64,000 bases of DNA from Lytechinus pictus (taxonomy: Eukaryota), in contig NC_087263.1 in NCBI RefSeq assembly GCF_037042905.1, positions 9,984,001-10,048,000 on the forward strand, given 5' to 3'. The position numbers were made by a program, and so were the translations under genes. Below, piece after piece: positions 11,355 through 22,591 of this stretch. The notes under the pieces were generated by a model. It saw only the letters and a list, made by a program, of their open reading frames with translations. It did not search any database and had not been told where the DNA came from. Positions within the stretch are counted from its first letter, which is position 1; each line of letters begins with the position of its first letter.

Positions 11355-13080
11355 TTTGATGATGATCGATGATGATCCACAGCATTTATATTGCGCCATT
11401 TATCAGTTAAAAACATTCAAAGGCGCAGGCTCATCCAATAGGTTAATCACTACACATCTGCCGAAATAAGTGAGTTTTGAGAGACTGTTTAAAGAGTTCT
11501 ATGCTATCAATTTCACGAAGTGAAGAAGGGAGGGAGTTCCAAAGGCGTGGAGCAATAGAAGAAAAGGCACGGTCTCCAAATCCCCTTAGGTGTGTGATGG
11601 GTACATGAAGAGTGATGCCAGTACCAGATGAGCGCAAGCCAGGACGTACACGCCGCTGTTCTATAAGGGAAGTCACGTATCCTGGAGCTACACCATGCAC
11701 AGCCTTGAAAGTAAGAAGGAGGATTTTGAATTCAATCCTGTACTTAATTGGTAGCCAATGCAACTCTGTGAGAATAGGGGTGATGTGGTCATATTTCTTT
11801 GTACCAGTCAGCAGGCGAGCAGCAGCATTCTGTATGCCTTGGAGTCTGTTCAGCATAGTGGAAGGAAGACCAGCCAGCAGACTGTTACAGAAGTCAATCC
11901 TGGAGGTGATTAAGGAATGAATAAGGCTTTCTGCTGCAGAACGAGTGAGTAGTGATCTTATAGCCGATATGTTCCGTAGCTGGTAGTAAGTTGCCTGGCA
12001 CACCTTGGAAATATGCTTGTCCATCTTCATACCCTGGTCAAAGAAGACACCAAGATTGCGAGCATTCTCTGAAGGAGGGACAGACACACAGCCAACTTGA
12101 AGATTTTGTGGAACAATCTTGCTTCGCATATGTGGTGAAGAAATGACTAGATATTCAGTCTTGTCATCATTTAGCTTGACAAAATTCAGTACCATCCATT
12201 GCCTGATTACTGTGAGGCAGGTAGTCAGACGTGAAATAGCGTCCGCATCATCATCTTTCACCCTTGGGTCAAAGGTCAGATACAATTGTGTATCGTCTGC
12301 ATAGAAGTGAACTTGCAATCCTTGATGACGAGCAATATCCCCAAGAGGTGCAGTATACAGAGTAAAAAGTAGCGGTCCGAGGACGGAACCTTGCGGGACA
12401 CCATACTTCACGAGAGTCTCCTCTGACAAAGTACCTTTGATGTTCACCAACTGTCGTCTGCAGTGGAGATACGACTGGAACCATGCTAAGGCAGTGGCAT
12501 CAATCTTAAAGTCAACATGCAATCTCTGGAGAAGGACATCATGATCTATTGTGTCAAAGGCTGCTGACAGATCCAAGAGGATGATCAACACTGCTTTCTT
12601 GTTGTCAACTGCTCTCAATACGTCATCAGATATCCGAAGAAGAGCTGTCTCGACACTGTGAAGTCGTTTATAGGCAGATTGCATGGTCTCATGAAGGTTG
12701 TTGTCTTGAAGATGTGTCGTCAGTCTCTTTGCAACAACCTTTTCAACAACTTTGGCAAGGAAAGGTAGGTTTGATATGGGACGGTAACTGCTCATTACCT
12801 CCCGATCAAGTGATGGCTTCTTTAGGACAGGAGTTACATGCGCGAGTTTCAATTCTTCAGGGAACTTTCCTTCCCGCAGGGAAGAATTTACAATCCTTGA
12901 GAACAGCAGAGCCATCAAGTCCTCATTTTCCTTCACAATTGTAGTTGGTATAGGATCAAGAGAGCAAGACTTTGAAGGGGACTTCCTTATGATTCTCTGT
13001 ATTTCTAAAGGAGATGATGGCGTAAATGCAGATAGATGGTCATCACGTGAGGAAGGTACATTTCCATCGAATTTGGGTGC
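11355..13080 (-). mobile_element. 5'-truncated L2-clade LINE with an intact RT C-terminal ORF (stop at 11443)
   Basis: KSCSLDPIPT, YRPISNLPF, LLDLSAAFDT, GVPQGSVLGP, YADD, HITPILTELHWLP; 3' UTR GCGCC...GGCGC stem and (CAT)n tail. Confidence 0.93.
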
Positions 13081-13242
13081 AGCTATGGCAACCACAATCC
13101 TACCCCATTTGTCTGCCAACTATTACACGGATGAGTCCTGGGCTGCGGCCCTCACAGCCGGCCGCAGTTGCCTGGGTTGGTCAAAATCTAACACAAAATC
13201 AGATTTTGTATAGAGTCTAGAACTAGGTGGGGTTCAACAATA

Positions 13243-13898
13243 TACCGTGTGAAAAAAAAACACTTTCACACCTCACAAATCCCCAATTTAATAAAAAAGT
13301 ATGTCATGAACGAAGAATAATTTTTTGTGACTGGAAAGAGTATCATCTTCTCCCAACTAATTTGATACCATATTCATGTGGTATTTTTCACGTTTGGATA
13401 ATCAGTAGGTATTCTTTGCAGTGATGAAAATGTTTATTTGCGCCAAAGTAAGGCATGACTGCAATGAGTGAACCCCAGATGCCAATGATGTCATAATCCT
13501 ACATGAGTTAGTAAACATAATTGCACAAGCCTTTTCAATGAAAACAACCTGAGAATCGATACTGAAAAGTGGTTATTAAAAAAATTCTAATGTAGATTAC
13601 TGAAAAGGTGTTTTGAAATGGATGTTAATGCAACCCTTGTAGGATTATGACATCACTGACATCTGGATTCGTTAATTGCAGTCATGTTTTACTTTGGCGC
13701 AAATTAAAATTTACATCACTGCATAGAATACCAACTAATTATCCAAGCGTGAAGAGATACAATATAAATATGGAATCAAATTATTTTGGAGAAGATACTC
13801 CTTCCAGCCATACATAATAATTATGCGTTCTTGACATATTTTATTTCTTAATTTGGGGAATTGTTAATAATTTCTGTTTCTTTTTACTCACATGGTGT
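13243..13898. mobile_element. MITE with long (~270 bp) imperfect terminal inverted repeats
   Basis: 13243-13510 is the reverse complement of ~13630-13898 (e.g. tttgcgccaaagtaa / ttactttggcgcaaa; gtcataatcctaca / tgtaggattatgac). Confidence 0.8.
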
Positions 13899-13929
13899 GT
13901 GTATATATATATACACACACACACACACC

Positions 13930-13991
<62 letters not shown>
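13895..13991. repeat. Compound (TG)(TA)(CA)(TA) microsatellite
   Basis: Directly visible. Confidence 0.95.
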
Positions 13992-13994
<3 letters not shown>

Positions 13995-14515
13995 CAAAAT
14001 TATTCAGATAAAGAAATTCAGCGTGTTGGGTAAAGAATAACAAAATTAATACATCTTTACGAAGTAAGGAATTCAGGAATCAACTTTCTTGGAGCTTAGT
14101 TAATGCATTACCACGTAAAGATGTTTATACTTGTATTATCATGAATAGCTTATTTCCAAAATGGACTAAATTTATTTCTCATCAAATTTACTTTATTTCC
14201 TTACATCTATAGAATTTTTTAGCTGTGCAAGATTACTCTAAGCAAAACTTGAAACTCCCATGACAAACATTTTTAAAAGCGATGAGTTTATTTGAGTTTT
14301 TTTTCCCAAAAAGTTGTTCGCTCGACTTTTAGCAATTGTGATAAAACTAATGTTTTTTTTTAATTTACCTTTATTGCAGTGCTTCTAAATGTAACAAATA
14401 TAAAATAATACCAAACAATGTGAATATAACATCACACTTTGAAAAAAATTATGTGGGTCTTCCTTTTTTTAATTCTTAAATGTTCATTTTATTGATCTAA
14501 CCCCTTTTTAGAATT

Positions 14516-15341
14516 GAAGAGCTCACTTGCAAAATGGGTTAGGTCCATTTTTCATCAAATTTGATTTTTATGTCTCAATTTATAGATTTTTAGTAGCTCT
14601 ATAAGATGATACCAAAGAAAACTTGAAATTCCTATTAAAAAGTGAACTAAAATGGCAAAGAAAAATATTTTTTTTCAAAAGGGGTTTGGTCCATTTCAGT
14701 TTAGTTGCAAAAGGGGTTAGGTCCACACATATTTTTTTTGGAAAAGAATTTCTGTAAATATATGAAGACAGGTAGATTTCTTTTATACCCAATTTTATGT
14801 TCTCATGGTAGGGTATCATGAAAATTCATTTTTGCATAAGAATATTGCAATATGGGAGAATTAAAAAAATGATTTTCCCGGATTGGACCTAACCCCTTTT
14901 GCAACCAAACTCTTCTGAAGAACTCATTTGTCAAAAGGGGTTAGGTCTATTTTTCATAAATTTTATTGTTTTCTGTCTCTTTACCTCAAAATTTTTAGTC
15001 ACTCTGATGATACCAAAAAAAATATGAAATTCAAATGAAAACGTGAATGAAAGTGGCAAATAAAAATCACTTTTTTATTCAAAAGAGATTGGAATAATTT
15101 CAGTTTGCTTGCAAATTGGGTTAGGTCCACAATGATGATTTTTTTATAATATATATATAGAAAAAAAATTGAAGACAGGTAGATTTCTTTTATACCCAAT
15201 TTTATGTTCACACGATAGGGTAGTAGTACATCATGACAATTTAGTTTATCATAAGAATATTGCAATAAGTGAGAATAAAAAACATGGTTTTTCTCGGAAT
15301 GGTCCAAAGTGGACCAAACCCCTTTTGCAACTGAACTCTTC
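14516..15341. mobile_element. Head-to-tail pair of ~400-bp MITEs (14516-14915 and 14917-15341)
   Basis: Each copy has TIRs GAAGA(G/A)CTCA.TTG..AAA.GGGTTAGGTC / GGACC.AACCCCTTTTGCAAC..AACTCTTC and a homologous interior. Confidence 0.8.
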
Positions 15342-15344
15342 AAT

Positions 15345-17200
15345 TAAAATATTGAAACTCCTGAGAATGTTGGTGCTAGTCTGCTGTAATAATCTCCATT
15401 TTAAATGTTGGAACTCGATGTCAGAAGTGATTTCTTACAAGCAAAACAAAACGCACACGCACACCTTGATACACACCCACACCCACCCTCACAAACACCC
15501 TCACCCTCCCACACACATACACACATACCTGCAAGCAAAGAAAGAGATAGATCCAGTTTATTTCAGTTGGTGTTCATTCTGTATGGGGAGGGACAGGGTA
15601 GAATTTGAGCCCTCGTGATAAAAGGACGGATTCTGCTGATTTGAGTGTGAGTGTGCAGTTGGATAGAATGATAATTGTGGTGGCTGGTGGTTTTGGTGTA
15701 TAGGGGAGGTGGCAGTAGTCTGCTATGCAGATTCTGAATGGCTCGTATGGTGGGATCTCAGCGCGCGCAAAGGGCGAGCGAAGCGAGCCTAGTCTGCTAA
15801 GCAGACTCGTTGAATCAGCTGTGGTACACACACTGCAGATGTGGGTCTACATTTGTAGACTAGGGTGGTAGTGGGAGCGGTCATTGGTGTGTTTTCTCTC
15901 GTCTGAAAACACAGACTCATATTTGACACTTTAACCAATTATACCATTCTAAAGAGAAGATTCGACTTTATAGTCACATAATATAATGAATCCAGTCTCA
16001 CTATTTCAGACTGTGTATTATGCAATTGTTAACGAATTGCGAAAACCAAGGGTCTGTACCTGCAAACTACTTTTTTAGTTGAAGTCGTTGTTAGATGGTG
16101 TAGGGTTTTAATTGGGTGCTGGTGGTGTTGCCGTGTTACATGATGTTTGTGTGTTGATATCTCGATGGAGTTTGTTTGACTTTAAAGGGGAATCCAATCC
16201 AAATAAAACACGTTTTAGAGGAAAAAGAAAATTCAAGTTAATAGGTAAAATTTTGAAAAATATCGGACGAACAATAAGAAAGTTATGAATTTTAAAAAAG
16301 TTTTTTTTTATATTGGTAATCATTATACCCATGGAGACTTCAAATTAGGCACATGATGACGTCATAATGATGACAGGCAAGAATATACTCCAATACATAA
16401 AATGGCTAAAATTTCATTTTTTTCAAGCTTTACTTCAAATTATATTTTTCTTTCATGAGGACATAAAACAATAAACTACATGGGTTCTATATAATTACTG
16501 CTCATGGGGAATGGGAACTTAAGAGAAAACCAAAAATCCCTGATAATTAAGTACATGGCCTATGGGAAACCTGTCCTTGCCCCTTGTCATATTTTGCTTA
16601 CCCAGTTGTCAATTTAAAGTGTACATAGTCTTAGGGATCTCAATTTTAAAGCAGCCATAACTTTCTTATTGCTTGTCTGATTTCTTTCACACTTTCACCA
16701 TTCTGTTTGATTTTTGTCTCCTTTCTAACCCAACATTTTATGACAAAGTCTGGATTTTTCTTTAATGTGTGCAAAGCGTGTTTATACGTCTCCAAGGTTT
16801 CGCCTGTGTGGTGCGGATGTGATATTTTTTTGGCGTGATTTTCAATCAAAGTTCTCTTTTCACTGATTGAAATTTTGTTTCAAGTGACTCTTTTTTGTTG
16901 TTGAGCAACGTCTATAATGAGGTCTCGTAGTTGGCGTAGTTTTAGTGTATAATTCTATTGTCAAGTGTTAGGGCTAAGAGAACATGTTTTTGTGTAACGA
17001 GAGTCCTTTAGGTACATTATTCTTCTTGTATTTTTAGGGGTACTTTTTATGGAGTTAAAATACTTGCATAATTTGCTTAGTATAGTCTTTTAAATCCTAG
17101 ATAGCATGTGAGTCGACGTGGAGGTGACCGGGGGAGGTGACGACATCATCGGAAGAGGCGTTGTTGATAGGCTCGTCATGTTGGTTCCCAGACTGTTTCG
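15345..17200 (-). mobile_element. Degraded Penelope-like element, N-terminal region, interrupted by a MITE
   Basis: IILSNCTLT...SVLLSRGLKFYPVP (NLS...LL.KGL.F.P motif) at 15590-15680 and NNVPKGLSL near 17010; many stops. Confidence 0.55.
16182..16765. mobile_element. TTAA-flanked Kolobok-like MITE
   Basis: ttaaAGGGGAATCCAA start and ...ctggatttttctttaa end; an inverted homologue lies at 36312-36901. Confidence 0.75.
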
Positions 17201-17439
17201 ATGGTAGGTATCAACATTGGTGTAATGAGACAAAAACTGTAAGGGGGCAGATATGGCGTATCAACAGAATTTAAAAAAGAATTGTGAGCGAGGGAAGAAA
17301 GTAATCAAAATTTTTAATGTTTTCATTAAAAAAAAAATCAAATTTTGTGATAGATGTTTACATAATATTCAGAAAATAGTCAACCCCCTCTATTTCTCCT
17401 TCCTTCTCTTTCCGCTTCTCTTTATTTTCTTGGTCGTGT

Positions 17440-17558
17440 ACTGATAATTGTTATCATTATAATAATAATAATAATTATTATTATTATTATTTTTATTATT
17501 GTTATTATTACTGTTATCAGTATCATTATTATTAGTATTATTATGATTATTATTATTG
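17440..17558. repeat. (AAT/ATT)n microsatellite within a TACGCCACTG-ended MITE-like element (~17250-17618)
   Basis: Trinucleotide repeat; the terminal tacgccactg also occurs at ~2005-2014. Confidence 0.6.
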
Positions 17559-19586
17559 TCTCTTATTGTCGGGGGCAAGTGCCCCAAAGCCCCCCCCCCC
17601 CCTCGCAGTACGCCACTGGGTATCAAGGAAACGGGAAAGCAGTCTGTACTACCATGGATCCACAAAAGCGAGTAAGGAAACATGCTCTTCAGGGCATGAA
17701 AATGAAAGGGGGCCCTCAACGTACTGTGTGCAGGGACTCGTTGTTTGATGAAATCGACACGTGAAAGAAATAATGAGACAGAGGTAGCTATTCCATGTAA
17801 TGTTTTTTTTTATTCCGGCAAGCTTTCCGCCATATTTTTGACCTTCACTAGGTCTACAAATCACAAAATAGAGTGAACGACGCAAAATAAGCAAAATATC
17901 ACGAACTTCCTTATTTATTTATTAAACATATTGATACAGGAATAACAAGAAAATACTCGATTCAGCAAGGCTGAATGTCATTATTATTATCATCATTATA
18001 GTATCAATATCTCTTTATCATTATCAGTATCATGAGAAAACTATATATATCACATCATTATCATCATTATGATCATCGTCAAAGTCATGGGTATCAGTAA
18101 AATGTATAATCAATTTCAAAATAGTGATTTCTCTTATACCAGGTAGTAGTAAAAAAATTAATCTTATATGAAATATGATCAGCATTTTACTTGGGATCCA
18201 TGTGAGAGGATACGTAAATCACTATCATGCGTGAGAGCGCGTAACCGAGCGGGGTGTTATTGAGTACTTTGTGTAATCCTGAACAGGATACCTATCTCGC
18301 TAAAAAGAATGTCGGTATATTATCGTAAAAACGGGATAGTATCAGTCGGCGCCACCGCCGAACATTTGACGTCCTCGCCTCGATTGAACATGAGTTTGGC
18401 GCCCCCATGCGAAACATGAATTGGCGCCCCCTTTCAAATATCAAATTGGTGCCCCTAAGGTCGAACATCAATTTTGCGCCCCCAGATCAACATGAAATTT
18501 GCGCCCCTTCCCCACTCTTTTATTTCATTTTTTACTCTCTCTCACTCTTCTCTCCTTCTTCCTCTTTCTCCCCTTTTTTTCTCTTTTCCCCTTTCCCCTT
18601 CTATTTTTCCTTTCCTTTCTCCTTCTTCCCTCTTGTTTTCTTCTCTCTTTCTCTTCTTCTTTCCCTCCGTTTTTCGCTCCCTTTTCTATGCCTCTCTTTC
18701 TTTATTTTTGGCTCCCCCTTTTCGCCTATCCGGGGGCCCGGGCCCCCATAATTCATTTATTTACAAGAGAAATGTTTGCATTTATCTAAATTCTCTCAAT
18801 ATAAATTCATATATGTGAAAAATTATACAAGTAAAACAGCTTTGGCAAGTTTTTTAAATACGTTGTGAAAGGAATGGATAAAGAAAACAATGGTAGGCGT
18901 AGCTTAAATCAAGGTTCCTCAGAGCTACCTACATTTTGGAATCATTGGTGAGGCCGAAACATGTTTCTGCCGGGAAAATGTACTCCTTCATGCTAAGTGT
19001 TAAACGTAGACAACAATGCTACTAGAGAAGCAAAGTACATTAAATGTTATACTTAATCACCTGACTTCTCAAATACATTTCTAAAAGATGGCAGAGTTTG
19101 AACACTTTTAAGATGTTCATGCTCTGGTGGGGTTCATGAGCACCACTCTCTCTCCCTCTCTCTCTGTCTCTCTCTCTATATATATATCCTTAGATGTGTA
19201 AATGCCGATGATTGTGCAAAGTGCTCAATGCTATATACATAGCAGAGCATATAATATTATATATTATGTATATATATATACAAACATATATATATATATA
19301 TCAGAAATGCGAAACAAATAATATTCACAAGTAATGCAAGTTTTTAATGCCAACAAGTTATTCATTAATTTTCAAAATTTTCGGTAGTCATCTTACTTCT
19401 TCGAGGAAGATTCGTGAATTGAGAGAACTTTAAAATACAACAATATTGTTGTCTTTATCAAAGCGTGCCATCTTTACCTACTTACACACACATCCTCACA
19501 CACACACACACACACACATATATATCATACACACACACTCCCTTACTCTCACATTCACACACGCAAAAAAAAGTATATATATATAT

Positions 19587-19790
19587 AAATAGTCTGCTTC
19601 GGCATGTAAAATAAAATAATCATAAAAGGTTTAGTAAATGCCGTAAAAATAAAATCATAGATTTTAAAAGGAGCATAGCTCTCAAAATGAAAGGTAAAGT
19701 CACACTCTTCGTCAGTGCCCATGATGTGACAAAAAGAAATAGAATTCAAAATCCGTTTCTGAAACAGTCATGAAAAACACGTCTGTTCAT
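19587..19790 (+). repeat. Copy 1 of a ~200-bp direct repeat (copy 2 at 21223-21425)
   Basis: aaatagtctgcttcggcatg...aaacacgtctgttcat occurs twice with few differences. Confidence 0.9.
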
Positions 19791-19942
19791 GGGCATACGG
19801 ATTGTGAAACTTACCTTTCAAAGAAATCAATGCGCTGAAGATGGAGGAAGCGCGCTGTAAAAGACGCGTTGCCATGACTGCAAGATGACAATGGCGGATC
19901 TCCGGCTCCAAAACAGGAAAATCTGAAAAGGGCCTCACCGCC

Positions 19943-21180
19943 AATTAAGTTTCTTGGTATAACTATTGACAGCAATTTATCCTGGAAGGAACACGTAGAT
20001 CACATTTGTAAAATAATTTCGAGAAATATTGGTATCATAAATAAAGTAAAATTTATCTTCCCAACCCATATATTATTTAATTTGTATTCAACTTTGATTC
20101 TGCCGCACTTAAACTATGGCATAATAGCTTGGGGGAATTGTGCTGACTACCTCGTCAACAGAATTCTACTTTTACAGAAAAAGGCTTTGCGTATTATTTG
20201 TCATACAGATTTTCGTGCACACACTGATGTACTTTTCTACAATCATAATATTTTGAAGGTCGGTGATTTATATAGTTATAATCTTGGAAAGCTTATGTAT
20301 ACTTTAGATAGAAATGAACTACCAAATATTTTTTATTCCATGTTCACTAAAAATGTCAATATTCATCATTATCCAACAAGGTCCGCCGGACTTTTTCACC
20401 CACCAAGAGCTAGAACCATCCTTCTGAATAAAACATTTATTTTTACCGGTACACAACTTTGGAACTCTCTTTTGGAATCCGTGCACAATAAACCGACACA
20501 TTTTAGTTTCAGTAATGGGTTAAAGAAAATTCTTCTCCACAAATATAAACCGCGGATATCCAACGTCTCTACTTAAGCAGCATTCTCTTTTTGTTTTTAT
20601 TTTTTTCTTATTTTCTATTCCCCTCTCCTCACATTTTCATCTTCTCTTTCTATTTCTTAATGTGCAGATTTCTTGTTTGTTTTGTCTGTTCTGGTCTTTT
20701 GGCTTGTTATCTGTAGTGTTTGTTTTGTTTCTTGTTTCTCTGTCCTGTTTTGTCCTGTCTTGTCCTCTTCGGTACACTGTCTTTGTTTTGTTTTGTGTTT
20801 TTTTCTCTGTTAATATTCCCTCTTGTCTTGTTAAATTTATCTTACACACAATATTTGAATCGTTACCTTGTATATATATATATTTGTATACCATGGGTAT
20901 GAATATATTGTCTTGATTGTATTAATTTTTGTATATTGCATAAACATACGAAGCTTGACCCCATTAGTAGTCTTCAAATATTTCATTGAACATTGTTAAT
21001 TTATATTTGTATTTGATAAATTTTAATCAGTTATTTATTTCAGGGGACTCACATAAACAAGCAAAGCTTTCCAGTGAGTTCCCTTTTTTTCATTTCTGTT
21101 ATTCATATTGTGTTTTGTTCCTACTTACTTTGTCAATTTGTTTGAAATGAAGAAAAAAATAAATTCAATCAATCAATCAA
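19943..21180 (+). mobile_element. 5'-truncated L2-group (Crack/Daphne-like) LINE 3' end
   Basis: IKFLGITID...YSTLILPHLNYGIIAWG...LQKKALRII, stop at 20576; (ATCA)n tail. Confidence 0.9.
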
Positions 21181-21586
21181 AACAGTCGAGGTTTAGCAGT
21201 AGAAAATACCTGAGTAAAATAGAAATAGTCTGCTTCGGCATGTGGAATAAAATAATCATAAAAGGTTTAGTAAATGCCGTAAAAATAAAATCATAGATTT
21301 TAAAAGGAGCATAGCTCTCAAAATGAAAGGTAAAGTCACACTTTTCGTCAATGCCCATGATGTGAAAAAAAAAATAGAATTCAAAATCCGTTTCTAAAAC
21401 AGTCGTGAAAAACACGTCTGTTCATATATATATATATATATGTGTGTGTGTGAGGGTGTGTTTGTGTGTTTGTGCGGATGGGTTTGTGCTATGATCTCCT
21501 GGTGAACGCACGGATATTTTGAGAGCTCCCGATATTTCAACAAAAATTGGTGGAAATATCCCTTGAACTGTTGCATATTCCTGAAT

Positions 21587-22591
21587 ATGGATAGAGGAAT
21601 GCGAGATTACAATCTTAGGGCGCAGCAGAAAGGAAAATCTCAATCTAATGCCGCAACTAAGAGCAAAAACAGTGAGGTAAATACTACCGATAGTGAACAG
21701 TCCACCACTACCACTACAGGCGCCATGACAGGTGACACGTCATTGCACGAGGAACGCAGCGCTCAGGGAGCAGCCATGATACCTCCGGAACTCGTTTCTT
21801 TTATGCTGGAGTCAAGGGCTTCATTCACACAATTAAACGGTAAGCTGGATAAATTTATGGAAGAAATGTATACTATGAAAGCAGATCTCGCTAATACTAA
21901 TCAAAAGGTATCAGATCTTGAAACGGGTCTTACTTTTACTTCTGATAAAGTTTCAAGTATTGAAAACACTTATCTTCCCCAGTTGCGTTCCCAAATCCTC
22001 AAGAAAATAGAAGAACTTGATGAAAAATTAATACTAAGTGAAATCCACGATAGGAAATCTAACTTGCTCATTTACGGAGTTCAACAAAGAAATGAGAAGG
22101 AAAACACCTACGATGTAGTGCATGAAGTGTTTGTTCATTTTATGGGAATATCAAAGGAAGAAGCGTCCCGGATCCCGCTTGTTAACGCACACAGGCTACC
22201 CTCTTCCACCCGTGGAGTTGCAGAATCTCAACGTCAACCCCCAGCAATCATTGTCAGATTCGTCAGGATGATTGACCGTGATCGTTTGTTGTATGGATTT
22301 GAGCGACGACCACGTCAACACTCACCGACATCTACCCAGCAGCCCAACCCACAGCCTCAATCTTCCCCCTACAGTAAAGTTACCATACGCACCGATTTGC
22401 CCCCGAAAATGAAAAAGGAGAGGGGTAGATTGGCCTCAATCGCGTATTCACTACGAAAAAAGGATCATGTGGCTACGAGAATCAAAATTATTGGATCGAA
22501 AGTGATTCTTCAAACACGCAAATTCTCGAGGAGTGCTGGAGCAACCCCAGAGAGCTGGTCTGTTTGGTCCGATCCCGGTAGCGAAAAGTAG
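21587..22591 (+). CDS. LINE ORF1p (coiled coil plus L1-type RRM)
   Basis: Coiled coil followed by RKSNLLIYGV, NAHRLP, PPAIIVRF and IRTDLPP motifs; first ATG at 21587. Confidence 0.85.
   Translation: MDRGMRDYNLRAQQKGKSQSNAATKSKNSEVNTTDSEQSTTTTTGAMTGDTSLHEERSAQGAAMIPPELVSFMLESRASFTQLNGKLDKFMEEMYTMKADLANTNQKVSDLETGLTFTSDKVSSIENTYLPQLRSQILKKIEELDEKLILSEIHDRKSNLLIYGVQQRNEKENTYDVVHEVFVHFMGISKEEASRIPLVNAHRLPSSTRGVAESQRQPPAIIVRFVRMIDRDRLLYGFERRPRQHSPTSTQQPNPQPQSSPYSKVTIRTDLPPKMKKERGRLASIAYSLRKKDHVATRIKIIGSKVILQTRKFSRSAGATPESWSVWSDPGSEK

Noticed and set aside
13085..13180. acacGGATGAGtcc plus a GC hairpin next to the L2 5' junction, hammerhead-like
   Set aside because: No GAAA half of the catalytic core follows, so a ribozyme cannot be supported.
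18407..18818. Phe/Leu/Ser-rich 'membrane protein' ORFs
   Set aside because: Polypyrimidine tract inside a GGCGCCCC-repeat MITE-like element.
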